DNA of 64,000 nucleotides from Flexilinea sp. (GTDB lineage Bacteria; Bacteroidota; Bacteroidia; Bacteroidales; Paludibacteraceae), in contig CAVHRT010000001.1 of assembly GCA_963638355.1 (NCBI GenBank), positions 4,495 through 68,494 of the forward strand. The letters are read 5' to 3'. Below the pieces are notes generated by a model. The model ran no database searches. It was not told the DNA's origin and saw only the letters and a list, made by a program, of their open reading frames with translations. A program made the translations under genes and the position numbers. Below, piece after piece: positions 47,254 to 62,300 of this stretch (positions within the stretch are counted from its first letter, which is position 1; every line of letters starts with the position of its first letter).

Positions 47254-47325
47254 ATGAAACGCTTCAGTTTGAGTTTTGCTGCTGTTGTTACCACGTTGCT
47301 GAGCATCGCTCCGCTCGCCAATGCG
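47254..47325 (+). other. Sec signal peptide of the giant protein (MKRFSLSFAAVVTTLLSIAPLANA | Q)
   Basis: It has a positively charged n-region (KR), a hydrophobic core, and an A-N-A cleavage motif. Confidence 0.75.
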
Positions 47326-50300
47326 CAGGTAACATTTAGTCCAACTGTAACTCCAAGCACCACGGTTTGTGCCAACGATGAGGTTACCCTTTCGCTTACT
47401 CCAAGCGATGGCGGTACCAACTATTCGTACAACTGGAAATGGACCGATGGTTTAGGAAATTCACAAACCAAAGTGGATCTGCAGTCGTTTACCGACAATC
47501 CGAGTGCGACAACTACTTACGAATGGTGGGCTCGTGATGAGTATGACGACCTTGCTGGGCATGGTACAGTCTCGGTGAATGTAAATTCCGCGCCTACGGT
47601 AACAGCTGACCCATCGACCTACTATGTGATTTCGGGCGGAGACGTTACGCTCAAGGTTTCGGGCAATGCATTGGCTAAGTCGTACGAGTGGACTGCCGCC
47701 GACGGAACAGTGCAGACATCAACTACCGACGAACTCAATCTTACTGGCGTTACTGAAGATACACAATATACCGTTGTAGCCATTGGAGCGAATGGCTGCA
47801 GAAGCAAATCTGTTACTGTAAAAGTTGTTACTTTCAGTGTAGAAGCAAACAATGAAACGGTTTGCTATGGCGATGCGGTTACACTTACGGCAGAATCAGC
47901 CGATGGTTCTAAATACTATTGGGACGATGGTTTTGTGGGCGAATCGAATACTGTTTATCCTAAGGGCGTTCCTACTACAACCTACACGGTAACCATCAAA
48001 GATGCAAACGATGCTTTGGTGGCAACGCAGTCGATAAAAGTAAATGTGATTGCTAAACCTGAGGTTACCCTTACGCCAGACGAAACCAATATTTGCGCTG
48101 GCAAGACTGTAACTATCACGGCCACAAACAATACGGGAAACAAAGGTAAGTATGTTTGGAACACAGGCGATACCGGCAATTCGTTAATAGATGATCCAAG
48201 CGTCACCACTACTTACTGGGTACAGTTTACCGATGGAACCACAGGTTGTACGAGTGGGAAGACATATTGCACCATCAACGTAAGTCAAGCGGGTTCGGCC
48301 TCGATAAATGGCGCGAACTCTACTTGCGTGAATACGCCAATAGAACTCACCGTTTCGGGCGGCACAGCACAGCGCTGGTTCGACGAGAGCGGCATCGACA
48401 TTACAATGCCATACACACCTACTTCGGTTGGCACAAAAACTATCTACTGCATAGTGAAAGATGCCAACGGCTGCGAGGTGAAAGCACAGAAAACCATTAC
48501 CGTTGCGCCCGCACTCACGCCAACCATCTATGGCGATTTTGATATCTGCGTAGGCGAATCGGCTCAACTCAAAGTTTCGACCGATGGCGCAACCTACTTG
48601 TGGAGCAATAATTCTACCGAGCAGAGCATTACTGTTAGCCCAACTTCGGACGCTTCGTATTGGGTCGATGTTACAAAAAATGGCTGCACAGCACGAGTAA
48701 CGCAAAAAGTTACAGTCAATGCCAAACCGACCATTAACATCACTGGTGGAACTACCATTTGCAAAGGTAGCACAGCGGTTGTTACAGCCGTAGCAACTGG
48801 CGGCAGCGGCACATACACCTATGCTTGGGACGACGAAAACAGCACTACCAATGCTACATTACGCGTAGCACCAACCTCTACTAAAACTTACAAAGTAACC
48901 GCTACCGATGCCGCTACTGGCTGCAGTAGCGAAAAATCGGTAACTATCGCTGTTGAAAGCGGTACGCCACCAACCATTCTCGGTCCAACCACGGTTTGCA
49001 AAGGCGTAGACTTCACACTTACTGCTTCCGATGGCGACTCGTTCGCTTGGGACGACGACGCTAGCACCACCACGGCAAGCATGACCGCCAATCTTACTAC
49101 CGATCGCACCTACACTCTGACGGTGAAGAAAGGCAGTTGCACCTACACTGTTCAGCACAAGGTAACTATTGAAGATGGTCCAGTGGGTGAAATCACTGGC
49201 GAAACCAGCATCTGCAAAGGAGGCAGCACCAAACTGACTGCACCTGCGGGTACATCGTACACTTGGAGCACGGGTTCTACCGAACAATCAATCACTGTTA
49301 CGACGGCTGGCACCTATTGGGTAGAAGTGAAGAAAGGCAACTGCACACTACACAAAGACATCACCATAACGGTAAACACGCCAACGGTAGCATCAATCAC
49401 TACTCCTGATGGATTGACACTCTGCGCCAACAACGAACTCGGACTTAAGTTGGTGGCTTCGGAAGGTAAAGCCTACAAATGGAGCCCAACGGGCGAGACT
49501 TCGCAAGAGATCACCGCCAAACCAACAGCAACTGGACTCTATTCGGTTACTGTAACTGACGAACATGGTTGCGAATCGACTGCATCGGTGCTGGTTACGG
49601 TTGTTGAAGATCCTGCCGAATTGGCTCTGAATGCATCGGCGACCACAGTCTGCAAAGGCGAAAATGTGATTCTCACCGTGCTGAATGCTCCTTCGGGCAG
49701 CACTATCTCGTCGAACGATGGCAGCGTAACGGGCAATGTCGTTACTCACACCGCTTCTATTAGCAAGACCGTAACCGTGAAGGTAAAATCTGGCACTTGC
49801 GAATATGTTTTGACAAAAGACATCACCGTGCTCGATGCTCCTGCGGGAACAATCACTGGCACGACGGCTATTTGCCAAGGCGGAAGCACCGTGTTGGCTG
49901 CACCTGTTGCTCCTGCTGGTCAGGTCTACACCTATTTATGGAATACGGGCGAAACCTCGTCGACCATCACCGTGTCGGCAGTGGGCGATTATTATGTAAC
50001 GGTGTCGAACGGCTCGTGCGAGACAAAATTGGCAGCCGTAACTGTTACTGAAAATATTCCTACTGCGCCAACTATCACGGCAAGTAAATCGACCATTTGC
50101 GCTGGCGAAACTATCACCCTTACGGCATCGAACTATGGTTCGATAACGGGTTGGAACGATGGCACACAAAATCTTGGTAACGCACAAGTTATATCGGTGT
50201 CGCCAACCACCACTACCAACTACGAACTCGTAGTAACCGATGCTAACGGCTGCGAGGCGAAAGCTTATCAGCAGATTGTGGTGAGCGCACCTATCGATGT

Positions 50301-53300
50301 AACCCTCACGGGCGACAATTCGGTTTGCGAAGGTGGCACTATCAGCGTAACCGTGAGTGGTGCGCCTAGCGGAAGCACCTATTCGTGGTCGACTGCTGGC
50401 ACGCTGAGCAATGGCGATGCCACTCTCACCTTCACGCCAGGTGTGAACGACGCTGCTGTGTCGGTAACTGTAACTCCACCAGCGGCAAAAGGTTGCGCTG
50501 TTACTAAGACATTCTCGTTCACGGTAACGCCTGCTCCTACGGGCAACATCACTGGTGTAACATCGGTTTGCAATGGCGGTAGCACCACGCTGTATGCTCC
50601 TGCTGGTCCTACGGGAACAACCTACAAATGGAACACTGGCGCAACCACACAATCGATCACCACACCTGCGTTGTTCAAAAATACCGTTTATTCGGTCGAC
50701 ATTGTTTATCCAACGGGATGCACGCTGTCGCCAACGCCTGTCACTGTGAAGATAAACGCTGCGCCAATTGGCACCATCACTGCTTCGAGCGATGTGGTTT
50801 GTGTAGGCGAACAGGTTGAACTCACCGTTACTTCGGCTACCGCTACGGGTTGGACTTGGAGCAATGGCACAACTGGCACAAACAAGGCTTATTACACGCC
50901 AACTACCAGCGGCAATGTTCAATATTATGTCGATATCACTGCCAACGGCTGCACCGAGCGTGTAAGCAAAAACATCACTGTGGTTGATAAACCTGTGGCT
51001 GCCATCGACAAATCGGCATCGACCTCATCGTTCTGCGAAGGCGAGCAGGTAACCATTGTCGCTACGGGCGGTACACGTTACGAATTAAACGGACAAAGTA
51101 GCACTACTGGTGTATTCTTGCTCAATCCAACGGCAACGACCACTTACACCATTTCGGTATTCAACGAAAATGATTGCGAAAGTCTGGTAACGCACACCGT
51201 AACCAAACTCACGCCAACTGCCGAACCGAGCATTGTGGCGAACGGATCGCTCGAACTTTGCGTAGGCGATAGTCGCACACTTTCGATCAATAATGGCACA
51301 ATAATTAGTTGGGCTGACGGCACATCTACACCAAATTATATATATACGGCAACTTCGGCCGACTTGGGAACGAAAACAATCACTGCCGAAGTGAAAGATA
51401 TGAACGGCTGCACCAAGTCGTTAAGCATAGATTTTGTCGTTACCGAAATTCCTTCGGTGGCCATCACTACAACTAACGAAACCATCTGCAAAGGTGAAAA
51501 GGTAACTCTGACCGCTACACCGGGCTTGGCTTCGTATTCGTGGGAATCGGGCGAAAAGACTCAGGAGATAATTGTCTCGCCAAGCATTACCACAACTTAT
51601 GTTGTAACTGGAACTAACGCTGGCGGTTGCTCGTCGACGGCTAAAATCACCATCAATGTGGCGACGCCTGATGCAGTATCGATTTCTGGTCCTGCCACGG
51701 CTTGCCCAGGCGAGAGCGTAACTCTGAGTGCTGTGGGCGGCAAAGCATGGAACTGGTCGCACGGACTTGGCACAGGCAATACGGCAACATTCAACGCTGC
51801 CACTACCACTACCTACACTTGCGAAATTACCGATTCGAAAGGTTGCGTAACCAAAGTGTCGCACACGCTCACCGTGAAAGAGACTCCAACGCCAACCGTT
51901 TCGGGTAATCTGAAAGTGTGTCAAGGTTTGAACACCACACTGAGCGCAAGCACCGCCGATGCCTACGAATGGAAGAAGGGCGCAACCGTGCTCAGCACTG
52001 CCTCGACATTGACATTGACCAATGTTCAAAGTTCGGAAGATTACACATTGACCGTAACCGTGAACGGCTGCCAAGCAAGCACTTCGTTCCGCGTAACGGC
52101 ATGCGAAAATCCAACCGATGCAGCAATCGTTGGTAAAAATCAAGTCTGCGAAGGCGAATCGGTAACACTCACCGCTGTGGGCAATGGCACTTACTCGTGG
52201 AGTACTGGTGCAACAGGCAGTGAAATCACTGTAACGCCAACTGCTGCCAACCACATCTACCAACTGACTGTAACCGACATGAACGGTTGCACGCAGACGG
52301 TACAAAAGAACATCACCGTATCGCCAACGCCATCGGTAACCATCGATGGTCCGACCGAGGTTTGCGCTGGTGGTTCGGTTACCCTCACTGCTAGTGGTTC
52401 TGGCACGTTCTTGTGGGACGATGGCACGACCACTACTGCAACTCTCAACGTAACGCCTAGCGTAACGCGCGCTTACAAAGTAACCCTTACCGATGCTTCG
52501 GGCTGCACCGTAACTGCATCGCACACTGTAAATGTGAAGACATTGACCGCTCCGAAAATTTCGGCTGCGAAGACCGATGTCTGCAAAGGCGATAAAGTAA
52601 CCCTGACTGCCACGGGCGAAACGGGTTGCACCTTCACTTGGCCCGATCTTGGAAGGACGGGTGCTAGCGTGGAGGTTTATCCAAGCACAACTACCACCTA
52701 CAAAGTTACGGCTACGAACACCACTGGTTGCACTGCCGATGGCTACATCACTATCAATGTACACGAGCAACCTACGGTAACAGTGCTTGTCGATAAGTCG
52801 GCAATTTGCGCTGGCGAATCGGCTACCATCACCGTAACGGGCGGTACGGAATATACTTGCAATGGCGAGACGAACACTTCTGGTATTTTCAATGTTTCGC
52901 CAACCACGACTACACCATATAATATAGTGGTGAAAAATTCGGCTGGTTGCACCACAACTACATCGCAAACTATCACCGTAAATGAATTGCCGACTATCAG
53001 CATCTCGGGCGTCGATAAAGCATGCGCTGGCGAACTCATTACTCTCACGGCTACGGGCGGCACCGAATATTCGTGGAGCAACGGCATGACATCGCAAACT
53101 GCCACTTACACAATTTCTGGCACTGGCACCATGTCGGTTTGGGTGAAAGGTAAGAACGCTAGCGGCTGCTGGAGCGGTCAAGTGGCGCACAACATCACCA
53201 TCAATACAAAACCAACCATTGCTGTTTCGGGAACGATGGATATTTGCGTTGGCAAATCGACTACACTCACTGCTTCGGGTGCAAGCACATACGTTTGGAC

Positions 53301-56300
53301 TTGGAATGGCGGCTCGGCTATGGGCAACACATTGAACGTATCGCCAAATGCTACCACCGTTTATAAAGTAGTTGGTACTGATGCCAATGGTTGCGTAGGC
53401 GAAACTTCGGTTACTGTGAACGTTTATCCTGAACCTACGGTTTCCATTACAGGCGCGACCGAGGTGTGCGAGGGTGGCGAGATTACTCTTACTGCCAACG
53501 GCACAGGCACATTCTTGTGGAACACTGGCGAATCGTCGCAAAGCATAAAAGTAACATCGGCTGGAACTTATTCGGTTACCCTCACGGGCGAAGGCGGTTG
53601 CACTTCGAAAGCCGAAATCATTGTGAAACAGAGAACCATCACCGCTAAGATAAACGATGTGATAGATGGTGTATCGACTATTTGCGAAGGTAGCGACATC
53701 ACTCTTACCGCTTCGGGTGGCAATGCATATAAGTGGGACAATGGCCTCGGAACGAACGCTACTGTTACTGTAAATCCGACTACATCGACCACCTATTGGG
53801 TTGAAGTTACTGACGCTTCGGGCTGCAGCAAACGCGTAAGTCACACTGTGAAGGTAACGCCCCAACCAACGCTCACCGTTGTGGGTAACACCACCATTTG
53901 CTATGGCGAGACCGCTAGCATCACTGTTTCGGGTGCGAAGACTTATGTTTGGAGCGATGGCATTGGCACTGGCGCAAGCATCAATGTAACGCCAGCATCG
54001 ACATCGACCTACACCGTAACTGCTACCGACGAAAATGGTTGCGTTACAACGCAAGATATTAAGATTGAAGTTGTTCCAACGCCTGTGGCTTCTATCAAGG
54101 CTAGCAAAACAACTGTTTGCGAAGGCGAGTCGGTTACACTTACTGCCGAGGGCGGCGACAACTATGTTTGGGGCGATGGTAGCACGGGCGCATCCATTAC
54201 CGTTACACCAACTGCGCCAAGCACTACCTATTCGGTTACGGCCTACAAGAATGGTTGCGCAAGTGCTGAAGTTTCGCAAGTCATCACTGTGAACGCGCTG
54301 CCAACGGTAACCATTAAACCATCGGCAACCACCGTTTGCAAAGGCGAACAGGTTACCCTTACTGCTTCGGGCGCTACATCGTACGAATGGAGCACGGGCG
54401 AAAAGACGCAAGCCATCACCGTTACGGTGAACAGCGATGCCACCTATTCGGTAATTGGTACACAAAATGGCTGCCAAGGCACTGCCTCGCAGAGCATTAA
54501 AGTGGCTACACCGCCTACCATCAACATCTCGAGCAACACTGGAAAACTCTATATCTGCAATGGCGAAAGCATTACGCTGACCGCCTCGGGAGCAAACACC
54601 TACACATGGTCTGGCGGATTGGGCAACACTGCTTCTATCACCGTTACGCCAACTGCTACCACTACATACGAGGTCGAAGGTGTTTCGGCAAATGGTTGCA
54701 AGGCTAAGGTGACGGTTGAAGTAATCGTTTACGATAAACCAAATCCGACGATCTCTGGTCAAACCGAAATTTGCGAAGGTAGTTACACCACTCTGACTGC
54801 CAACGATGCTAATGCCGTGGCTTGGGAGTGGAACACTGGAGCCAAAACTAAGAGCATCAATGCTTATCAGGCTGGCACTTACACAGTGACGGTAACTGGC
54901 AAGGGTGGTTGCACCTCTACTGCTACGGTCATTGTTACCTACCTGACGCCTGTCAATGGTTCGATTAGTGGGCCAGAAACCGTATGCAAAGGCGAAACTG
55001 TAACTCTTACGGCAAGTGGCGGTAAGACTTACAAATGGGATGAAAATGCTGCCGAAAGTGAGAAACTTGTTCTTTCGAATATCCAAGTTAGTGGCACGCA
55101 CTGGGTTACCATTACTGGTGCCAATGGTTGCACGCAGCGTTTGGGTCATAGCATCATTGTGAACGAGCCACCAACGCTCTCCATCACTGGTAATCAAACC
55201 TTCTGCGAAGGTGGAAGCACCACTCTTACTGCAGTTGGTACGGGCGATGTGCTGTGGAGCACAGGAAGCACCAATCGTTCGATCACCGTATCTGCCGAAG
55301 GCAAGTACGATGCTACATTGACCGATGCCAACGGCTGCTCGACAACTCAGTCAGTGAACGTAACGCGCAATCCGCTGCCAGTAGCCATCATCTCTGGTCC
55401 TACAAAGGCTTGCGAAGGTGAACCTGTTACACTTACTGTTTCGGGTGCTGAAAGTTACACTTGGAGCACGGGCGCTACGGGTTCGAGCATTACGGTTCAA
55501 CCTACTACAACCACAACCTACACCGTTACACCGAAGACTGGACTCTGCACTGGCGATCCAGCGAAGTTCACCGTAACTGTAAATAAGAAACCTGTAATTA
55601 CTTTCAGTGGCGATTTGGAGATTTGCGCCGGCACTAAAGCCGTGATCACTGCCGATGGTGCCGACGAATATGTTTGGGGCGATGGCTCTACGGGCGCAAC
55701 CTACACCACCGCAGTACTCGAATCGAACACCACATTCACCGTAACTGGTACAATTACTGAAACTGGTTGCTCGGCACAAAAACAGATTACCGTCGTTGTC
55801 AATCCAAAACCGGAAATCTCTATTTCGGGTACAACATCGGTTTGCGCTGGCGAATCGACCAAACTGACGGCTTCGCCTAGTGGTGCAACTTACGCATGGA
55901 GCAATGGTTCTACTGGTCGCACCGCAACCTTCAGCAATCTGATTAGCGACGAAGACTATTGGGTTGATGTAACCTTGGACAATGGCTGCACCGATCGCTA
56001 TTATGGCACTATCAAAGTTTATGATATGCCTGCTGCCGAAATTATTACAAACACTGGTACGAACACTGTCTGTCGTGGCGAAAGCATCACCCTTACTGCT
56101 TCGGGCGGAACTACCTATTTGTGGACGCACGATGGCACGCGTAGTGCATCTGTTACCGTTACGCCAACGACCGATACAAAATATACTGTGAAGGTGATTG
56201 GCGAGGGCAACTGCTCGTCGACGGCTAGCATCAACATTCAAGTGCTCGATGTGCCAGAGGCTGCTATTGTGGCTGATAAGACCACGGTCTGCGAAGGCGA

Positions 56301-59300
56301 CGATGTTACACTGTCGGCCAACGATGGTGTGAAATGGCAATGGTACAAAGGCAATACTGCGATTGCTGGCGAGACTGGTCAGCATTACACGATAAGCAAC
56401 GCTTCGTATGGCACAACAACCTATAAAGTTGTGGTCGAAAATGCCGCAGGTTGCTCTACCACGGCTTCGTATGCGCTGGCTGTTACGCGCAAACCTGATG
56501 CCACCATTTCGGGCGTTACCAACATTTGCAGCGGCACAAGCACAACACTTACTGCACCGCTCTCCGATAGCTATCTGTGGAGTACGGGCGAGACTACGCG
56601 CAGCATCAATGTAACGCCGGCTGCTGGTAAAACTGACTATACGGTAACCGTTACTGTGGGCGATTGCTCGGCTACAGGCACAGTAACTGTAACTGTTAAC
56701 CCGCTACCAACGCCAACGCTTCAGGCAGACGAAAATCCTGTTTGCGTGGGCAATTCTACCACACTGACTGCTGGCGCGGGCTTCAAATACTATAAATGGA
56801 GCACTGGCCAAGAGGGTCCGAATTTGCAATCGATTGGTGTTTCACCAACTGAAAATACCATCTACACTGTAACTGTAACCGATGCCAATGGTTGCACTGG
56901 TGTGGCGCAAGTTACCGTAAATGTAACGCAAGTGCCTGCACCAACCATCACCGTGCTTTCGGGTTCTGAAACCGTTTGCGCTGGCGAAGAGGTTATTCTG
57001 CAATCGAGCGCTGCCAAGGGATATCAGTGGAGCAGCAATGTGGAAGTATCGCAACAAAATGGACAAACCGTAGTGGTTTATCCAACGCAAACGAGTGTCT
57101 ACACTGTAACAACCACAAACAAATCAGGTTGCCAAAGTTCGAAAGATATCACCATCAATGTAACTAAGTTGCCAACGCCTAAGATTACTGGCGCCGACAA
57201 TATGTGCAAAGGCGATGAGACTGGTGTTGAACTTACCGCTAGCAGCGATGTTGCAGGCGCAACCTTCGTTTGGAGCACGGGCGACAATACTGCCAACATC
57301 GTTGTTAAACCTACCAAGACCACCACTTATAAAGTCTGGGCATACAACGGCACTTGCAAGAACCCAACGCCTGCCGAATTCACGCTGAAAGTGAACGACG
57401 CTCCTGCCGCTGCCATCACGGGTCGTTCGGCTATTTGCCTTGGCGAAACTGTTGAACTGGAAGCTACGGGCGGTGTTACCTACTTGTGGCAGAACATCGA
57501 AGGCTCGGCTAAAGCATTGAGCAAGATCACAGTATCGCCAACGCAGACCACAAAATATATCTGCACGGTAACCGACGATCATGGTTGCACGAAAGATGTT
57601 TCGCTCGAAGTAGTTGTTAATCCGCTGCCGAAACCAAGCATTACTGGTAAGAATAAGATTTGCCGTGGCGGAAGTGTAACTTTGGCTGCTACGGGTGGCA
57701 ATAGTTACTTGTGGAGCACGAACGAAACCACCAAAGAGATCACCGTAACTCCTGCCTACACCACCACTTACACCGTGGAGGCTACCAATGCCAATGGTTG
57801 CACAAGCGAGGCTACATTCACTGTGGAGGTTGTTCAAGAACCTAAAGTGCATATCGAGGGACCGTCCGTGAGCTGCTCTGGCACGCCAGTTACACTTACC
57901 GTAACGCCCGAAGACAGCCGCACCTACACCTGCATTTGGAAACACAACAACTCTACCAAACTGGCCGAGGCTGTGAATCCAACTACGACTACCACCTACG
58001 AGGTAGAGGTGTTCGATGGCGAATGCTCTAAGACCTTGACGCACACGGTTACGGTAAATAAATTGGAAGATCCGAAGATTGACGGTCCTGCACAAATCTG
58101 CTTGGGCGAAGCGACCACGCTGACTGTGTCGAATAATCCGAACAACTTCGTATCGTATCAGTGGAGCACGGGCGAAACCACTCAAAGCATTGAGGTGAAA
58201 CCTGCTGTAGTGGGTATGAGCACCTACACCGTTATTTGTACCGATGCTAACGAATGCACCAGCGAAGCTACCATCGACATTGTGGTTAACGCACTGCCCG
58301 ATGTTACTGTTACTGCCTCGACCGACGTGCTTTGCGAAGGCGACAACAGCGTTACGCTGACCGCTTCGGGCGCTGGCATCAGTGGCAAATATAATTGGTA
58401 CGAAGATGAACTCGCCACTGTGCTGTTGGCTGGTGGCGAAGGCACTGCGACCTACACATTCAACGACCTGACCTACACGAAGAAGATCTATGTGGTTGCC
58501 ATCTCGAAACTTGGTTGCAAGAGCGCACCGAAAGAGTACGAATTGGTTGTAACGCCTAAACCGACCCCAACCATCACTTCGTCGGTTCCTGCCAATGTAA
58601 TCTGCGCTGGCGGCACGGTCGAGTTGAGCGTTTCTGATCCCGATCCTGATGTAACCTTCGTTTGGAGCGATGGCACCGAGGGCGCGCACATGACCGCTAC
58701 GGCTGCTGGCGAATATCGCGTTACGGCTACCAATGTGGCTGGCTGCACGCAAGATGCAACCATCACCCTCAACGAAGAGCCATTGCCCGCTGCGAAGATA
58801 ACACCTTCGATTATAACAGGCACAGGTGCTGGCGTAGCAGAGGAAAATATTGCAAGAATTTGCGCTGGCACACGCTTGAAACTGACTGCCTCGCCGCTAT
58901 CAACGCAGCAGCTCACCTATACCTACAAATGGAACACTGGTTCTATTGCAAGCGAAATAACTGTGAACCCAACTGCTAGCACCACCTATTCGGTAGTGAT
59001 AACCAGTGCTTCGGGTTGCGAACAGACCGCTACAATAGAAGTGAAGGTGAACGAATTCGTAACCATCGAAGGTAAAACCGAAGTCTGCGCAGGAATGCCG
59101 TACGTATTGAATGCGATAGGCAATAATTTGAGCTATTACGAATGGACGCGCAATGGTGAGAAGTTGCCTCAATTTGATGGCGTGTCGAGCATCAAATGTG
59201 TCGATTCTGTGCCTGATGGACAGATGTCGGCCGAGGTAGTTTATGGCGTGAAGTGTATTTACGACAACAACTGCGAAACCGATACTACCATCACCGTTAA

Positions 59301-62300
59301 GGTTTATGCCAAACCGAGCGATCTCACCATCAATGGCATTGGTGGCGCCGATGCAATGGATTCGGTTTGTGTAGAATCGGCAAAACAACTCTCGGTAATT
59401 CCAACGGGCGGTTCGTCGCTCACGGGCGCAACTTACAACTGGACTGGTTCGGGCATTACCGATCCAACGGCGGCTACGCAAACCATCACGCCAACGGCTG
59501 TTGGTCAAGAACCTTACTCTTGCCAAATAACCATGCCTGGCGGTTGCGATACCACTGTCAACATCATCTTGAAAGCCGTGGCATTGCCCGAATTGGCAGT
59601 TTGCCCAGATACTACTATCTGCTTTGGAACAGAGGCACAACTCTATCTGACCGCTAAGAATAACTGTCCTGATGGCACAACCATTACATGGACTAGCGAT
59701 AATGGCGGTGGCGGCGCTAGTGGCGATGTTGTTCGCGTGGCACCAACCACAACGACCACCTACACCGTTACGGCTAAAACGCCTGCACCACTTGGTTGCA
59801 GCACCACTCAAACGGTTACCGTAACTGTCATTCCGCAACAGCAGCCCACGGTTACTCCTTCGCCTGCACTCATCTGCCTCGATGCAGCGGGCATTAGCGA
59901 GGACGATCTGAACTTGACTACTGAAGATACCGACTCGGAAGGTCGCGCCTTTAAGGCTTACAAGTGGTATGCCGAGGACGATCCGACCACCATCATTGGT
60001 ACATCGAATGCCATCACAGTGCCGAAAGCCAACATCACAGCCACACGCACCTATGTGGTTGAGGTTACCACGCAAGAAGGTTGCACCGCTCTTGGTAGCA
60101 TCGAAGTGCCTGTAAGCGAGAAACCATCGGTATCGATCAAGGGCGAAACGCAAGTTTGCGAAGGCAAGTCGCTTGTGCTGCAAGCCGAAAGTCCAATAAA
60201 TGTAACGCGTTACGAATGGACTACCAACGACGATCCGAATACGGTATTCGCCACCACGCAGAGTGTTACCGTTTGGCCAACTACCACGGTTAATACCTAC
60301 TACTTGACCGTTTACAACGACAAGGGTTGCCGCTTCGAGGTGAACCCAGGTCATAATGTAACAATTCTGAAAGCACCGAAACCGCAGATTGCTGCCGATC
60401 ACAACCCAATTTGTGAAGGCGATGATGTAATTCTTACCGCATCTGACCTGAACAGCGGCACTTGCACGGTTGTTTGGGACGATAACTCTACCAACCCAGT
60501 GCGTAAGATTGTTGGTTTGACATCGACTACCACCTACAATGTAACCCTCACCAACGAGAATGGTTGCGTTGAGCAGGTTGAATACATCGTTAATGTGAAC
60601 CCGCTGCCGAAACTGAAGATTACGGGTAACACGCAAGTGTGCGTTGGCGACAGCGTGCTGTTGAGCGTTGAAGATGCCAATGGCGTCGACAATAAATACA
60701 GCTGGACTGGCGGCGCATGGCGCGAGGCTACCGATCAAGGTTCGGTCAACAACAGCAAAGTTTGGGTTTATCCGACCAATATTGTCGACAGCACCGAATA
60801 CTGCGTAACATCTGTCGATGTGAACTCGTGCAATAGCAAACAGGTTTGTCATAAGATTTTGGCATTCGCTAAACCGATAGCCATGATCAACGGCAAACAG
60901 ATGGCTACCGACACCATTTGCGTGGGTCAGAGCCTGATACTCGAAGCCACGGGCGGTAGCAAGTTCAAATGGAGCACCAATGCCGAATCGCAGCAGATAA
61001 CCACGCCTATCTACAACTCGGTAAATACCTACATATTCTGGGTTGATGTGTATAACGAGGCTAACTGCGTTCAACGCGACTCCATCTGGATTAAAGTCGC
61101 TCCGAAACCGAGTGCTTACATCGAATCAGTTTCGCCTGCTACACAAGTGTGCGAAGGTACAACCGTGACCATGCGCGCTTCGGACGCTCCTACGGGCAGC
61201 CGCTACACCTATGCATGGACCAACAATACGGGCGAAACCATCGAAAATGCTAATCAGCAAGAAATCTCGGTAACGCCAACCGTTACTACGGCTTACAAAC
61301 TTGTGATTACCGATGTCGAAACCGAGTGTGTGAAAGAGATTTTGCAGACCATCTACATCGATCCGAAGGCTAAAGTGAACTTCACTGCAACGCCCGACAC
61401 CATTTGCGAAGGCGATGTGTTCAGTCTTGAGATCGAAGGCGATGTGTCGAATCAGACTATTGCTTGGGAGAAGTTGCGCAACGGCTCGGCTCAAGATGCA
61501 TCGTCGTGGGCTGACAAGACGACCATTCTCGACTCGCCAACGGCTAGCGAATATATCTACCGCGCTACGCTCACCAACAAGGTTACTGGTTGCCTGACAG
61601 TGCTCGAACGCCGACTCGTGGTTGTTCGTGTGCCGAAAGCCTCTATTCAGATTCCGAATAAGACAACCACTACCATTTGCCAAGGCGATCCAATAGAATT
61701 GCAGGCTTGGAACGACGAAGGTAAGTACTCGCTTGCGCAGATGATTCAGTTTGTTTGGAAAGTTGGTGACGACACCATCGCACCACTCAACCAACAGAAG
61801 ATAACTGTTTATCCGCGCACTACTACCACCTACACGCTGATAATGCAGAGCCTTGAAAATGGTTGCACTTCGTCGTACGATACCACTATCAATGTGCTCG
61901 AGATTCCGAAAGTGAATGTCGTGGAGCCTGATAATCAGGTTATTTGCGAGGACGAAGAGATCACCTTTACGCTCGAAGGTCTTTTGCCAGAGTATGGCGT
62001 AACGTGGAACAAATACGATCGTGGTAATCTCATCGCATCGTGGACTAAGAATGGCGTAACAACTGTTACCGATAAACCAACCAAGAGTGAATACGAGTAC
62101 AGAGTGAATGTCTCAAACCCACTCGGTTGCGATACCACCATTGTGCGCCACTTGCGCGTGAACGCTGTGCCACGACCAGGCATTAAGTTCCCAGGTACTA
62201 AGCAAGACACCATCTGCGAGGGCGAAGAGGCTTGGTTGCAGGCTACAAATGCCGAAAGCAGCTGGAGTACGATGTACTACACCTACGGCTGGTTGAACCA

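Noticed and set aside
51421-55197. 1,258-aa minus-strand ORF from the track, and its siblings at 48184..48705, 49936..50922, 55351..56385, 57124..58752, 58900..61074, 61126..61794 and 62113..63648.
   Set aside because: These are antisense shadows of the giant + strand gene. The sense strand uses mostly ACN/GGN/GTN/GCN codons, which rarely create antisense stops. The products are Arg/Ser/Cys/Gly-rich low-complexity strings with no motif or periodic structure, and they are broken into pieces. The + frame is continuous and shows a repeated, structured motif.
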